NCBI GenBank assembly: GCA_963765205.1
Contig: CAVXVB010000004.1
Location: 128,001-192,000 of the forward strand
Direction: 5' to 3'
DNA: 64,000 nt
Source of the DNA: an uncultured Verrucomicrobiae bacterium
GTDB lineage: Bacteria; Verrucomicrobiota; Verrucomicrobiia; Opitutales; JABDGR01
Shown: piece after piece, positions 51,102 through 59,159 of the stretch
Position numbering within the stretch: position 1 is the first letter of the stretch
Layout: the number at the start of each line of letters is the position of its first letter
Translations under genes and position numbers: made by a program
Notes under the pieces: model-generated
Told to the model about the DNA's origin: nothing
What the model saw: only the letters and a program-made list of their open reading frames with translations
The model's database searches: none

Positions 51102-51722
51102 ATGTCCCGTTCCGCCCGCGCCGCCTTCGTCGCCCGCCGCTTGGCCGCGCTCTACCCGCACCCGGCCATCCCACTCCTGCACCGCGACCCCTTCACCCTC
51201 CTCGTGGCCGTCATCCTCTCCGCCCAATGCACCGATGTGCGCGTCAACCAAGTCACGCCCAAGTTATTCGCACTGGCCGACACCCCGGCGAAAATGGCCG
51301 CGCTGACCGTCGCGCAGATTGACGCGATAGTGCGCCCCTGCGGCCTCTCGCCGATGAAGGCGAAAAACCTGCGTGAAATGTCGCGCCTGCTCCTCGAACG
51401 CCACGGCGGCGAAGTTCCGCGGACGTTCGAGGAACTGGAGGCCCTCCCCGGCGTCGGCCACAAAACCGCCTCCGTGCTCATGGTCCAGGCCTTCGATCAC
51501 CCCGCGTTTCCGGTAGACACGCACATCCACCGCCTGGCAATGCGCTGGAAACTCTCGCGTGGCCCCGGCGTCGTCCAAGTCGAGCGCGACCTGAAAAAAT
51601 TATACCCGCCCGAAACCTGGCACGATCTCCACCTGCGCATCATCTATTACGGCCGCGAACATTGCACCGCCCGCGGCTGCGACGGCCACACCTGCGAAAT
51701 CTGCCGCGCGCTGAATGGGTGA
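51102..51722 (+). CDS. nth: Endonuclease III
   Basis: LLVAVILSAQCTDVRVN, HhH LPGVGHKTA, FPVDTHIHR, four C-terminal Cys. Confidence 0.93.
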   Translation: MSRSARAAFVARRLAALYPHPAIPLLHRDPFTLLVAVILSAQCTDVRVNQVTPKLFALADTPAKMAALTVAQIDAIVRPCGLSPMKAKNLREMSRLLLERHGGEVPRTFEELEALPGVGHKTASVLMVQAFDHPAFPVDTHIHRLAMRWKLSRGPGVVQVERDLKKLYPPETWHDLHLRIIYYGREHCTARGCDGHTCEICRALNG

Positions 51723-51769
51723 GGTCTTGCCGTCGTGGGAGCGTTTGTTATCACTGGCGGTCTACCCAC

Positions 51770-52495
51770 ATGGACAAGGCATTCATCCTCAGCGAGATTA
51801 AGCGCACGGCTGCCGAAAATGACGGCAAGGCTTTAGGCTTTCGGGGATTCGCTAAGGATACAGGCATCAAACCTTACAACTGGGGAACGTATTGGGATAA
51901 TTGGAGCGATGCTCTGCAAGAGGCGGGATTTGAACCAAACCTCTTTTTCCGCACCCATAGCTACGAAACATTGATCGAAAAGCTAATTGAATTGATCCGC
52001 GAACGCGGCCAATTCCCGTTGCAGCGTCAAATAGTCAGAAAGTCAAAGGCGGATTCATCATTTCCAGGCGAGCGATCCTTTCGAGAAAAACTCGGCAATA
52101 AAGTACAAATGGCCTCCCATGTGCTTGCCTATTGCCAAAATCGAACGGGATTTGACGATGTGATAAAGATATGTTCGCCGATTGTGTCTGAAGAAAAGCC
52201 CGAGGTTAAAAAAGAATGACAAGAGGCCGGGCAAGCCGGATATGTATATCTCTGGAAGTCCCACCGCCGGTATAAAATTGGCAATACTCTCGATCTTGAG
52301 CGCCGCAAAAGCGAACTTGCCGCGCAATCACCGTACGAATGGCAGCGCATCCATGAGATCAAGACTGACGATCCCTCGGGCGTCGAAGCCTATTGGCACC
52401 GGCGCTTCGCCTCCAAAATGACCGACCGCAACGAGTGGTTTGAATTAAGCAGTGAGGATGTGAAGGCATTTAAGCGTTGGCGGAATATTTATTAA
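51770..52495 (+). pseudogene. HNH-repeat-like N-terminus plus GIY-YIG (MUG113/T5orf172-like) nuclease, interrupted by in-frame TGA at 52217-52219
   Basis: MDKAFILSEIKR...YWDNWSDALQEAGFEPN...EVKKE*QEAGQAGYVYLWKSHRRYKIGNT...DDPSGVEAYWHRRFASK...NEWFELSSEDV; both halves are in the same frame. Confidence 0.75.
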
Positions 52496-52574
52496 ACCAT
52501 ACATATGACGTTATGCCTATCTGGATTTCTTCCGTGGCGCGGTGCTTTAGCCCGCCTGCATCCCCCCCCCCACC

Positions 52575-53942
52575 ATGAAACGCGGCCTGGCCATTGTCTC
52601 CGTGGGGTATTTCCTCTCCCGCCTCGTCTTTCATTTCATCGGCATCCGGTTCGATGGTATGACGAACTTAAACTCCTACCTGCAATTCCTGGACCCGCCG
52701 CTGCTCAAGCACGACCTGCTTGCCAGCCTTTATTATTCGAGCTTTCCGCCTTTGTATAACCTCATCGTCGGGGTGATGCTGAAGCTTTTCGGCGATTCAC
52801 GCAGGGCCTTCGCGGTGCTGCATCTCTGCGTCGGCTGGGCCATTGGGCTGAGTTTGTTCGCGCTGCTGGCCGACCTCGGCATCGGCCGGCGCCTCGCGAC
52901 CGGCGCCACGCTGCTCTTTCTGATCATGCCGCCGGTGATTCTTTATGAGAATTGGCTGTTCTACACGTATTTCGAGACGCTCTTCTTCATCCTCGCCGTT
53001 TGGGGCTTCCATCGCTTCATCCGGCAGCCCCGCCTGGTTTGGGGGTTGTTGCTCTTTGCCAGCGCCACGGCCCTCGCGCTGCTCAACGCGCGGATGATGT
53101 TTTACTTCTTTCTCATCGCGCTGTTCCTGGGCTGGGCCTGGCGGCGCGGTCGCCGCGCGCCGGGCTTGGCTCGCACCGCCGCGCTTTCCGCCACGCCGTT
53201 TTTGCTCGTGGTTGCGGTGATGGCCAAGAACGCGTGGCTCTTTGGCACGTTTACGGTGGACCCGCATTTCGGCTTTCACATGGGCAACGGCTTCATTTAC
53301 GCCGCATGGCGCGACCCGGACATCCGCGCCCTCTGCCGCGAGGACTACCCGCTGCTCCTCATCCCGCCCACCAAGTTCCCCTCCGCCGAGAAAGTCGGCC
53401 TCGACCCGCTCCCGCCCACCGGCGTGCCCCTCTGGGACCAGCCCTTTCGCTCGACCGGCTACTCTAATTATAATAGCCGCTATTATTTGGAGGTCTCCCA
53501 GATGTATTCCCACGACCTCGCCGATTTCATCTCCCACCACCCGCTCTATTATGCGAGGTTTGTCCGCCGCGCCTTCGCCAACTACTGGGAACCGGCGAAC
53601 CAATACACCTTCTTTACCGAAAAAAACCGCGCCCCCCTCGGCGTTTATGATTATTTGTATGGCGCGGCGTATCCGCTGCTGCTGGTGCTCTATTTCGTCG
53701 GCGCGGTTTATGTGATTTATGCCGGCTGGACGCGCCGCTGGGCAGACGGGCCCGCGCTCACCCTCGGTTTCGCGCTGGTCACCATCGCGTATAACATGCT
53801 CGCCATCTTCGCCACCCTCAACGAAAACGACCGCTATAAATTCACCATCGAACCGCTGCTTTGGGTTATGGTCGTGTACTCCCTGCAACAAATTATAGAC
53901 TCACGAAAACGCCCCGCGCCTGCCGATGGTGACACTTTTTGA
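52575..53942 (+). CDS. Polytopic membrane protein, GT-C (ArnT/PMT-like) glycosyltransferase-like
   Basis: Many TM helices, PPLYNL, YENWLFYTY, large extracytoplasmic loop, ENDRYKFTIEP. Confidence 0.6.
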   Translation: MKRGLAIVSVGYFLSRLVFHFIGIRFDGMTNLNSYLQFLDPPLLKHDLLASLYYSSFPPLYNLIVGVMLKLFGDSRRAFAVLHLCVGWAIGLSLFALLADLGIGRRLATGATLLFLIMPPVILYENWLFYTYFETLFFILAVWGFHRFIRQPRLVWGLLLFASATALALLNARMMFYFFLIALFLGWAWRRGRRAPGLARTAALSATPFLLVVAVMAKNAWLFGTFTVDPHFGFHMGNGFIYAAWRDPDIRALCREDYPLLLIPPTKFPSAEKVGLDPLPPTGVPLWDQPFRSTGYSNYNSRYYLEVSQMYSHDLADFISHHPLYYARFVRRAFANYWEPANQYTFFTEKNRAPLGVYDYLYGAAYPLLLVLYFVGAVYVIYAGWTRRWADGPALTLGFALVTIAYNMLAIFATLNENDRYKFTIEPLLWVMVVYSLQQIIDSRKRPAPADGDTF

Positions 53943-53956
53943 AACTTGGCATCGCG

Positions 53957-54019
53957 GGTAGGGACGGCTCTCCGAGCCATCCACGGATCCCGCTAAAGCG
54001 GGAGAGAGGCGTCCCTACC
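53957..54019. repeat. GTAG-type REP doublet
   Basis: GGTAGGGACG...CGTCCCTACC inverted ends, with internal hairpin TCCCGCTAAAGCGGGA. Confidence 0.65.
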
Positions 54020-54095
54020 GAAGGATCGCATTGCCGGATGCAGATTTTTGTGGGATTTTACCGTCGGCGCGCGGTTACCTTGGGAAAGCGCCCCT

Positions 54096-56339
54096 ATGAC
54101 CCCCGACTCCGAATTGTTGCGCCGGTACGCCAGCGATGGTGACGAGGCCGCCTTTGCGGAGCTGGTCGGCCGCCATGTGGACCTGGTGTATGCGGCGGCC
54201 TTGCGCCTCGCCTACGGCAACGCGACGCTGGCCGAGGACGCGACACAAACTGTCTTCACCGATCTGGCGCGGAAAGCCGGCGCGCTGCGCGGCCACCCGA
54301 CCCTCACTGGCTGGCTGCACACGAGCGCCCGCTACGCCGCCCTGACGGCCCTGCGCAGCGAACAAGCCCGGCGCGCCCACGAACAGGAAGCCTGCGCCAT
54401 GCACGACCAACCCACTGTCCCGGCGGAAATTTCCTGGGCGCAACTGCGCCCGGTGCTCGACGAAGCCCTCGGCCGCCTCTGCGAGCGCGACCGCGACGCC
54501 GTGCTCCTGCGTTTCTTTCAGAACAAAAGCTACCGCGAAGTCGGTAGCATCCTCGGCGTGAGTGAAGACGCCGCGCAAATGCGCGTCGAGCGCGCGCTCG
54601 ATAAATTGCGCGGGCAATTTTCGCGCCGCGGCGTCGCCACCACCGCCGCGTTGCTGGCCTCGGCCCTTGGTGCGTATGGCGCAACCCCGCCTGCCCCCGC
54701 GGGTTTGGCCGCCGCCGTCGCCGGAAAGACTTTGGCGGCCGCGCCGGGTCTAGGCGCAGTTGGCTCGCATTCCCTGTTCGCGAAGCAATTTTTGTCCGCC
54801 TGGGTGGGTGCGGGCACCTTGGCCATCGTCGCCTTGATTTTAATTTTCCACCAACCCACCCCACCCCCGGCGAAAATTACCGCGCCGGTTACGCAAAATT
54901 CCCCGTCCCCACCCACGCCCATGAATGTCTCCCCAATCCTTAATCGCGGCGTGGTCGCTGCCGCCATCATCGCCGCCACGTCTGCCGCCTCCGGCCAAAA
55001 TACGAGTCCCGCTGCGCCGTCACCAGCGCCACCACCGATTTACGTCCCATCACCGACCCCGCCCGAGGCCGTCGTCCTGACCATCACTCCCACCCAGTCC
55101 GCACCCGCTGCCGAACTGCCTCCCGCGCCCGACCCCAATTCCTACTCTGCGCTGGTAACGGCGAACAACCGCTTTGCGCTCGACCTCTTCCGCCAATTCA
55201 ACCCCAAGCCCAATGAGAATGTTTTTTTCTCGCCCTACAGCATTTCAACCGCCCTCGCCATGACTTGGGCAGGAGCAAATGGTGACACGGAGGCCCAGAT
55301 AGCTAAGGTTCTGCATTTTTCGGAAATGTCGGATAACACGGTGCTGGCAAACTACTCTGCGTTGCAGCGCGCCACGACTCGGGCGCAAGCTCTGAGCGGC
55401 GCGCAACTGGCCATCGCCAATTCGCTCTGGGCCGAGCAGAACCCCGAACATCCCCTACTGCCGCATTACCTGAATCTAGTGCAGGCCTATTTTACTTCCG
55501 AGGTCATGCCAGTGGATTTCATCAAGCAGGGCCCCGTTGCAGCCCAGCAGATCAACGCCTGGGTCGCGGACAAAACCAACGGCAAAATAAAGGACCTCGT
55601 GCAGCCCGATGACGTGAACACTCTCACGCGACTCATCCTGGAAAACGTCATTTATTTCAAGGGTGCGTGGACGAGCCCGTTTTCACAGCAAGCCGACACC
55701 AACACGGAATTTCACGAAGTGGACGGCAGCGCCATCCCCGTCGTGCTAATGAATCAACAGGTATTCACCAAGTATGCGGATATCACCGACGCTCCCGTGC
55801 CCTGCCAGATTCTTTCGTTGTCCTACTCGAACAATCCGCAAGGCACCGCGCAAGGCCTGTCGTTTGTCGCCATCTTGCCCCACGCTGGCGATGATTTGAA
55901 CCCACTGGTCAAGGCACTGACCGCCGAGCAACTTGCCGGCTGGTTGAGAAAGCTCACGGAAATCGAGGTGAACGTTTATCTGCCCAAGTTCAAACTCGAA
56001 GAACAATACCAACTGGCCGATGCCCTGTCGGCCATGGGCATTAAAAACGCCTTTGACCGAGGACGGGCCGACTTCTCGAGCATAAACGGCGTCCGCGCTG
56101 ACGACCTTGATAGCCTATACATTTCCAAAGTCATCCACGAAGCAATCGTGGAAGTGGACGAACGGGGCACCGTGGCGGTCGCCTCGTCCAGCGTATCGTA
56201 TGCGGTGACCGGAATGGTTGTGTCGCAGCCGCCGGTCTTCCGCGCGGACCATCCATTTCTATTTTTGATCCGCGACGACGTGTCCGGCAGCATCCTCTTC
56301 CTCGGCCAACTGGCCAGCCCGGCGCCGTTGCAGCCTTGA
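54096..56339 (+). CDS. ECF sigma-70 factor fused via hydrophobic and Pro-rich segments to a serpin domain
   Basis: Sigma2 (AAFAELVGRHVDLVY..AEDATQTVF..GWL), sigma4 (DRDAVLLRFF..SYREVG..LGVSEDAAQMRVERAL). Serpin motifs NNRFALDLF, NVFFSPYSI, INAWVADKTNGKI, NVIYFKGAW, LPKFK, FRADHPFLFLIRD..ILFLG. One uninterrupted frame. Confidence 0.9.
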   Translation: MTPDSELLRRYASDGDEAAFAELVGRHVDLVYAAALRLAYGNATLAEDATQTVFTDLARKAGALRGHPTLTGWLHTSARYAALTALRSEQARRAHEQEACAMHDQPTVPAEISWAQLRPVLDEALGRLCERDRDAVLLRFFQNKSYREVGSILGVSEDAAQMRVERALDKLRGQFSRRGVATTAALLASALGAYGATPPAPAGLAAAVAGKTLAAAPGLGAVGSHSLFAKQFLSAWVGAGTLAIVALILIFHQPTPPPAKITAPVTQNSPSPPTPMNVSPILNRGVVAAAIIAATSAASGQNTSPAAPSPAPPPIYVPSPTPPEAVVLTITPTQSAPAAELPPAPDPNSYSALVTANNRFALDLFRQFNPKPNENVFFSPYSISTALAMTWAGANGDTEAQIAKVLHFSEMSDNTVLANYSALQRATTRAQALSGAQLAIANSLWAEQNPEHPLLPHYLNLVQAYFTSEVMPVDFIKQGPVAAQQINAWVADKTNGKIKDLVQPDDVNTLTRLILENVIYFKGAWTSPFSQQADTNTEFHEVDGSAIPVVLMNQQVFTKYADITDAPVPCQILSLSYSNNPQGTAQGLSFVAILPHAGDDLNPLVKALTAEQLAGWLRKLTEIEVNVYLPKFKLEEQYQLADALSAMGIKNAFDRGRADFSSINGVRADDLDSLYISKVIHEAIVEVDERGTVAVASSSVSYAVTGMVVSQPPVFRADHPFLFLIRDDVSGSILFLGQLASPAPLQP

Positions 56340-56371
56340 CGCCGGTGATTGAGTTGCTATTTTCGCAACAC

Positions 56372-56680
56372 ATGAAAATTCTGGGCCGAACCAAGTTGGC
56401 CGAATTCTCCGCCCAATACCCCACGGCGGAAAGCTGGCTGGCCAAGTTCGAAAAGACGGCCCAAGCGGCCACTTGGCGGAATTTTGCCGACTTGCGCCGG
56501 CAGTCCTTCAATCATGCGGACCAGGTTCAGGCCAAGAGCGGAAGAACGCTGCACATCCTGGACAAGGGAAATACCCACCGCCTCATCGTTGCCATCAACT
56601 ACCAAGCCGGCGTCGTGACGATTTTGGAGTTTTTGACCCATGCCGATTACGAAAGACAGAAATGGCTCGACCGTCATTAA
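56372..56680 (+). CDS. higB: HigB-family type II toxin
   Basis: MKILGRTKLAEF..W..A.WRNFADL..F..AD.V..KGNTHRLIVAINY..FLTHADY. Confidence 0.8.
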   Translation: MKILGRTKLAEFSAQYPTAESWLAKFEKTAQAATWRNFADLRRQSFNHADQVQAKSGRTLHILDKGNTHRLIVAINYQAGVVTILEFLTHADYERQKWLDRH

Positions 56681-56747
56681 TAAAACAATTGCGAATAACG
56701 CAATTTTTCCGTTGCTTTTTTCCTCAACCTACTTTACCGTTTAAGCC

Positions 56748-57182
56748 GTGAAATCCGCCCCGTCCCTGGCCCGCCTGCCGATTTCGAGCATCCCCACCGC
56801 CTACGAGGAGCTGGTGCGGTTTTATCCGCCGCGGCCCCTGCATGACAAAACGGACCTGGCCGGCGCGATGGAAATTGCCGAATGGCTGACCGGCGCCGAG
56901 TTGAATGAAGACCAGTCGGATTACTTGAACGCCGTCGGAACTTTTATCGAACAATACGAAGGCGAGCAGGTGCCGCCGATTCACATCACCGGCCTGCAGG
57001 CGCTGGAGTTTTTGCTCGAAAACAACGACCTGAGCCGGAAGGACCTGGCCGCGCTGCTCAAGGTTCATCCTTCCGTGATCACCCGGATTTTCGCCGGCAA
57101 GCGCCAATGGAAACCGGTGGAACTGAAAGTCCTCAGCGAGCGCTTTGGCGTTTCCGCCGATCTTTTCCTGCCAACGGCCTAA
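56748..57182 (+). CDS. higA: HigA-family HTH antitoxin
   Basis: PPRPLHD, DYLNAVGTFIEQYE, LEFLLENNDLSRKDLA..SVITRIFAGKR..LSERFGVSADLF; directly after the toxin. Confidence 0.8.
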   Translation: MKSAPSLARLPISSIPTAYEELVRFYPPRPLHDKTDLAGAMEIAEWLTGAELNEDQSDYLNAVGTFIEQYEGEQVPPIHITGLQALEFLLENNDLSRKDLAALLKVHPSVITRIFAGKRQWKPVELKVLSERFGVSADLFLPTA

Positions 57183-57206
57183 AGGATTTTTCGCAGCCTG
57201 TTCCTC

Positions 57207-58085
57207 TTATTGCTGCTGGGCCTGCTGTTCCTTCTGCGTCTGCTCGCGCTGGGCCAGGCGGGCGAGGGCCGCGCGGGCGGCCTGCTCTTCCGCCTCTTTT
57301 TTCGAGCGGCCGGCGCCTTCGCCGTGGACTTCGTCCTGCACGGTCAGCTCGACGTGGAAAACTTTCGCGTGGTCGGGGCCGGTCGTTTCCCGCAGCCGGT
57401 AATGCAGCGCCGCGCCGAGGCCGCGCTGCGCCAGCCACTCCTGCAGGCGGCCCTTCGGATTGTCGCCACTGAGCAATTCGGCGCGCAAGTCATCCAGGTC
57501 GCCAAACCAGCGCAGCACGGCGGCGCGCGCGCCCGCGTAATCGCTGTCCAGATACACCGCGCCCACCAGCGCCTCGAACGCGTCCTCCTGCGACGACGAC
57601 CACTCGCGCCCGCCCGCCGCCACGTCCCCGCGCGCCAAGCGCAAACACGCAGGCAGCCCGAGCTTGCGCGCGAGGGCCGCGAGCAACTCGCCCTTGCCCA
57701 GCGCCGAGCGCGCGCGCGCCAGTTCGCCCTCGCGCTCGCCGGGCAAATCCTGGAACAACCGTTCGGCCAAAATCAAACCCAGCACGGCGTCGCCCAAAAA
57801 TTCGAGGCGCTGGTTGTTCGGCATCCGATGCCGTTCCTGCTGCGCGTAGGACGGGTGCGTCAGCGCCTCCTCGAGCAGGGCGCGGTTGCGAAAGCGGTAG
57901 CCGATGCGCTCCTGCAAGGCCTCGAGCGAGGGGTCGCGCGGTTCCGCGCCGCTAAAGCGCCGCGCCATGAAGCGCCGCAGCCGCGCCAGCAGCGTGTCCA
58001 TTGGGCGCTCGACCGTCGGGTGCTCCACTGCCGCGCGCGTCGTCGTTGGCTGTTTGGCCCGGCTCCTGGATTTTTTGGCCGACAT
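57207..58085 (-). CDS. rnc: Ribonuclease III
   Basis: ALTHPSY, NNQRLEFLGDAVL, EDAFEALVGAVYLD, dsRBD NPKGRLQE..GPDH..GRSKKEAEEQAA. Start uncertain (58085 or ~58001). Confidence 0.95.
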   Translation of the reverse strand: MSAKKSRSRAKQPTTTRAAVEHPTVERPMDTLLARLRRFMARRFSGAEPRDPSLEALQERIGYRFRNRALLEEALTHPSYAQQERHRMPNNQRLEFLGDAVLGLILAERLFQDLPGEREGELARARSALGKGELLAALARKLGLPACLRLARGDVAAGGREWSSSQEDAFEALVGAVYLDSDYAGARAAVLRWFGDLDDLRAELLSGDNPKGRLQEWLAQRGLGAALHYRLRETTGPDHAKVFHVELTVQDEVHGEGAGRSKKEAEEQAARAALARLAQREQTQKEQQAQQQ

Positions 58086-58113
58086 GAGAATAAACCTAAA
58101 AACCGCGGTTGAA

Positions 58114-58245
58114 ACCACGGATGGCACGGATAGCACAGATACGCATGAGGAAGAAGAATTTTGGCGCTCACCCGCTGGGTGAATAGATTTTTACCGCAAT
58201 CGTCGTTCAAGTTCTTGCATCCGTGTTATCCGTGCGATCCGTGGT
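58114..58245. repeat. Intergenic palindrome built from 9-mer units (CACGGAT-type)
   Basis: ACCACGGATGGCACGGATAGCACAGAT ... ATCCGTGTTATCCGTGCGATCCGTGGT. A solo right arm also occurs at 12997-13027. Confidence 0.8.
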
Positions 58246-58283
58246 CAAATGGATATGCGGAAAAGGGTATAAAGATGGCCGCG

Positions 58284-59075
58284 CTACGCCGTTTTCTCCG
58301 GCAGCAAAAACCGCTTGCACACTTCCGCCGCGAGCTTGCCGTAAGCCTGCGAGCCGGAGCAGAGCGCGTCGTATTCGAAAATGGACTGGCCGAAGCTCGG
58401 CGCCTCGCTCAGGCGCACCGAGCGCGGGATGATCGTGTCGAACACAAAGGTCGGGAAATGCCCGCGCACCTCCTCCGCCACCTGCCGCGAAAGATTCGTG
58501 CGCACGTCATACATCGTGAGCAAAATGCCGCCGACGTTCAGCCCCTCGTTCACGCCCGCCTGCTTGAGCTGCTCGACCACGTTCAGAATCTGGCTCAGCC
58601 CCTCCATGGCCAGGTATTCGCACTGGAGCGCGATGAGCAGATAATTCGCCGCCGCGAGGCTGTTCATCGAAATTAGGCCCAGCGCGGGCGGGCAGTCGAG
58701 GATGACCGCGCCAAACCGTTCGCCGGCCACCAACGGCTTGAGCACCTCGCGCAATTGCACGAGATAATCGTCCTTCTGGCCCAGCTCGATCTCGATGGCC
58801 GCCATGTCCACCTCGGACGGAATCAGAAAGAGATTTTCCTGGCGCGTGGCCAAAACCTTTTCCTCCGCCCCACCCTCGCCGTGCAACGGTCCGTAAAGGC
58901 TCCGTCCGGCTTCCTTTTCAAAACCCAGGCCGCTGGTCGCATTGGCCTGCGGGTCGAGGTCCACGAGCAGCGTCGGCACGCCGCGGCGCGCCAGGCCGAA
59001 GGCCAGGTTGATGGCTGTGGTGGTCTTGCCCACGCCGCCTTTTTGGTTCGCAATGCTAAATACAGTCGCCGGCAT
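58284..59075 (-). CDS. parA: ParA/Soj family ATPase
   Basis: ANQKGGVGKTTT, DLDPQANATSGLG, DCPPALG, QCEYLAMEG, IPRSVRLSEAPSFG. Confidence 0.92.
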   Translation of the reverse strand: MPATVFSIANQKGGVGKTTTAINLAFGLARRGVPTLLVDLDPQANATSGLGFEKEAGRSLYGPLHGEGGAEEKVLATRQENLFLIPSEVDMAAIEIELGQKDDYLVQLREVLKPLVAGERFGAVILDCPPALGLISMNSLAAANYLLIALQCEYLAMEGLSQILNVVEQLKQAGVNEGLNVGGILLTMYDVRTNLSRQVAEEVRGHFPTFVFDTIIPRSVRLSEAPSFGQSIFEYDALCSGSQAYGKLAAEVCKRFLLPEKTA

Positions 59076-59159
59076 ATCCCTGTGGATACTGCCCGGCGAC
59101 GGGCGGGAGTCGAGACTGGTTTTGCACCGCCAAAGCCCGCCGGCCTTGATCTATCGCCG

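Noticed and set aside
52217..52219. TGA as selenocysteine or an alternative genetic code
   Set aside because: The codon is in a linker, not at a Cys-equivalent site, and TGA is a normal stop in many genes here (serA, plsY, gmk, nadC).
58284..59075. parA as evidence of a plasmid or prophage
   Set aside because: It is a chromosomal Soj-type sequence among housekeeping genes, with no rep, parB, integrase or phage genes nearby.
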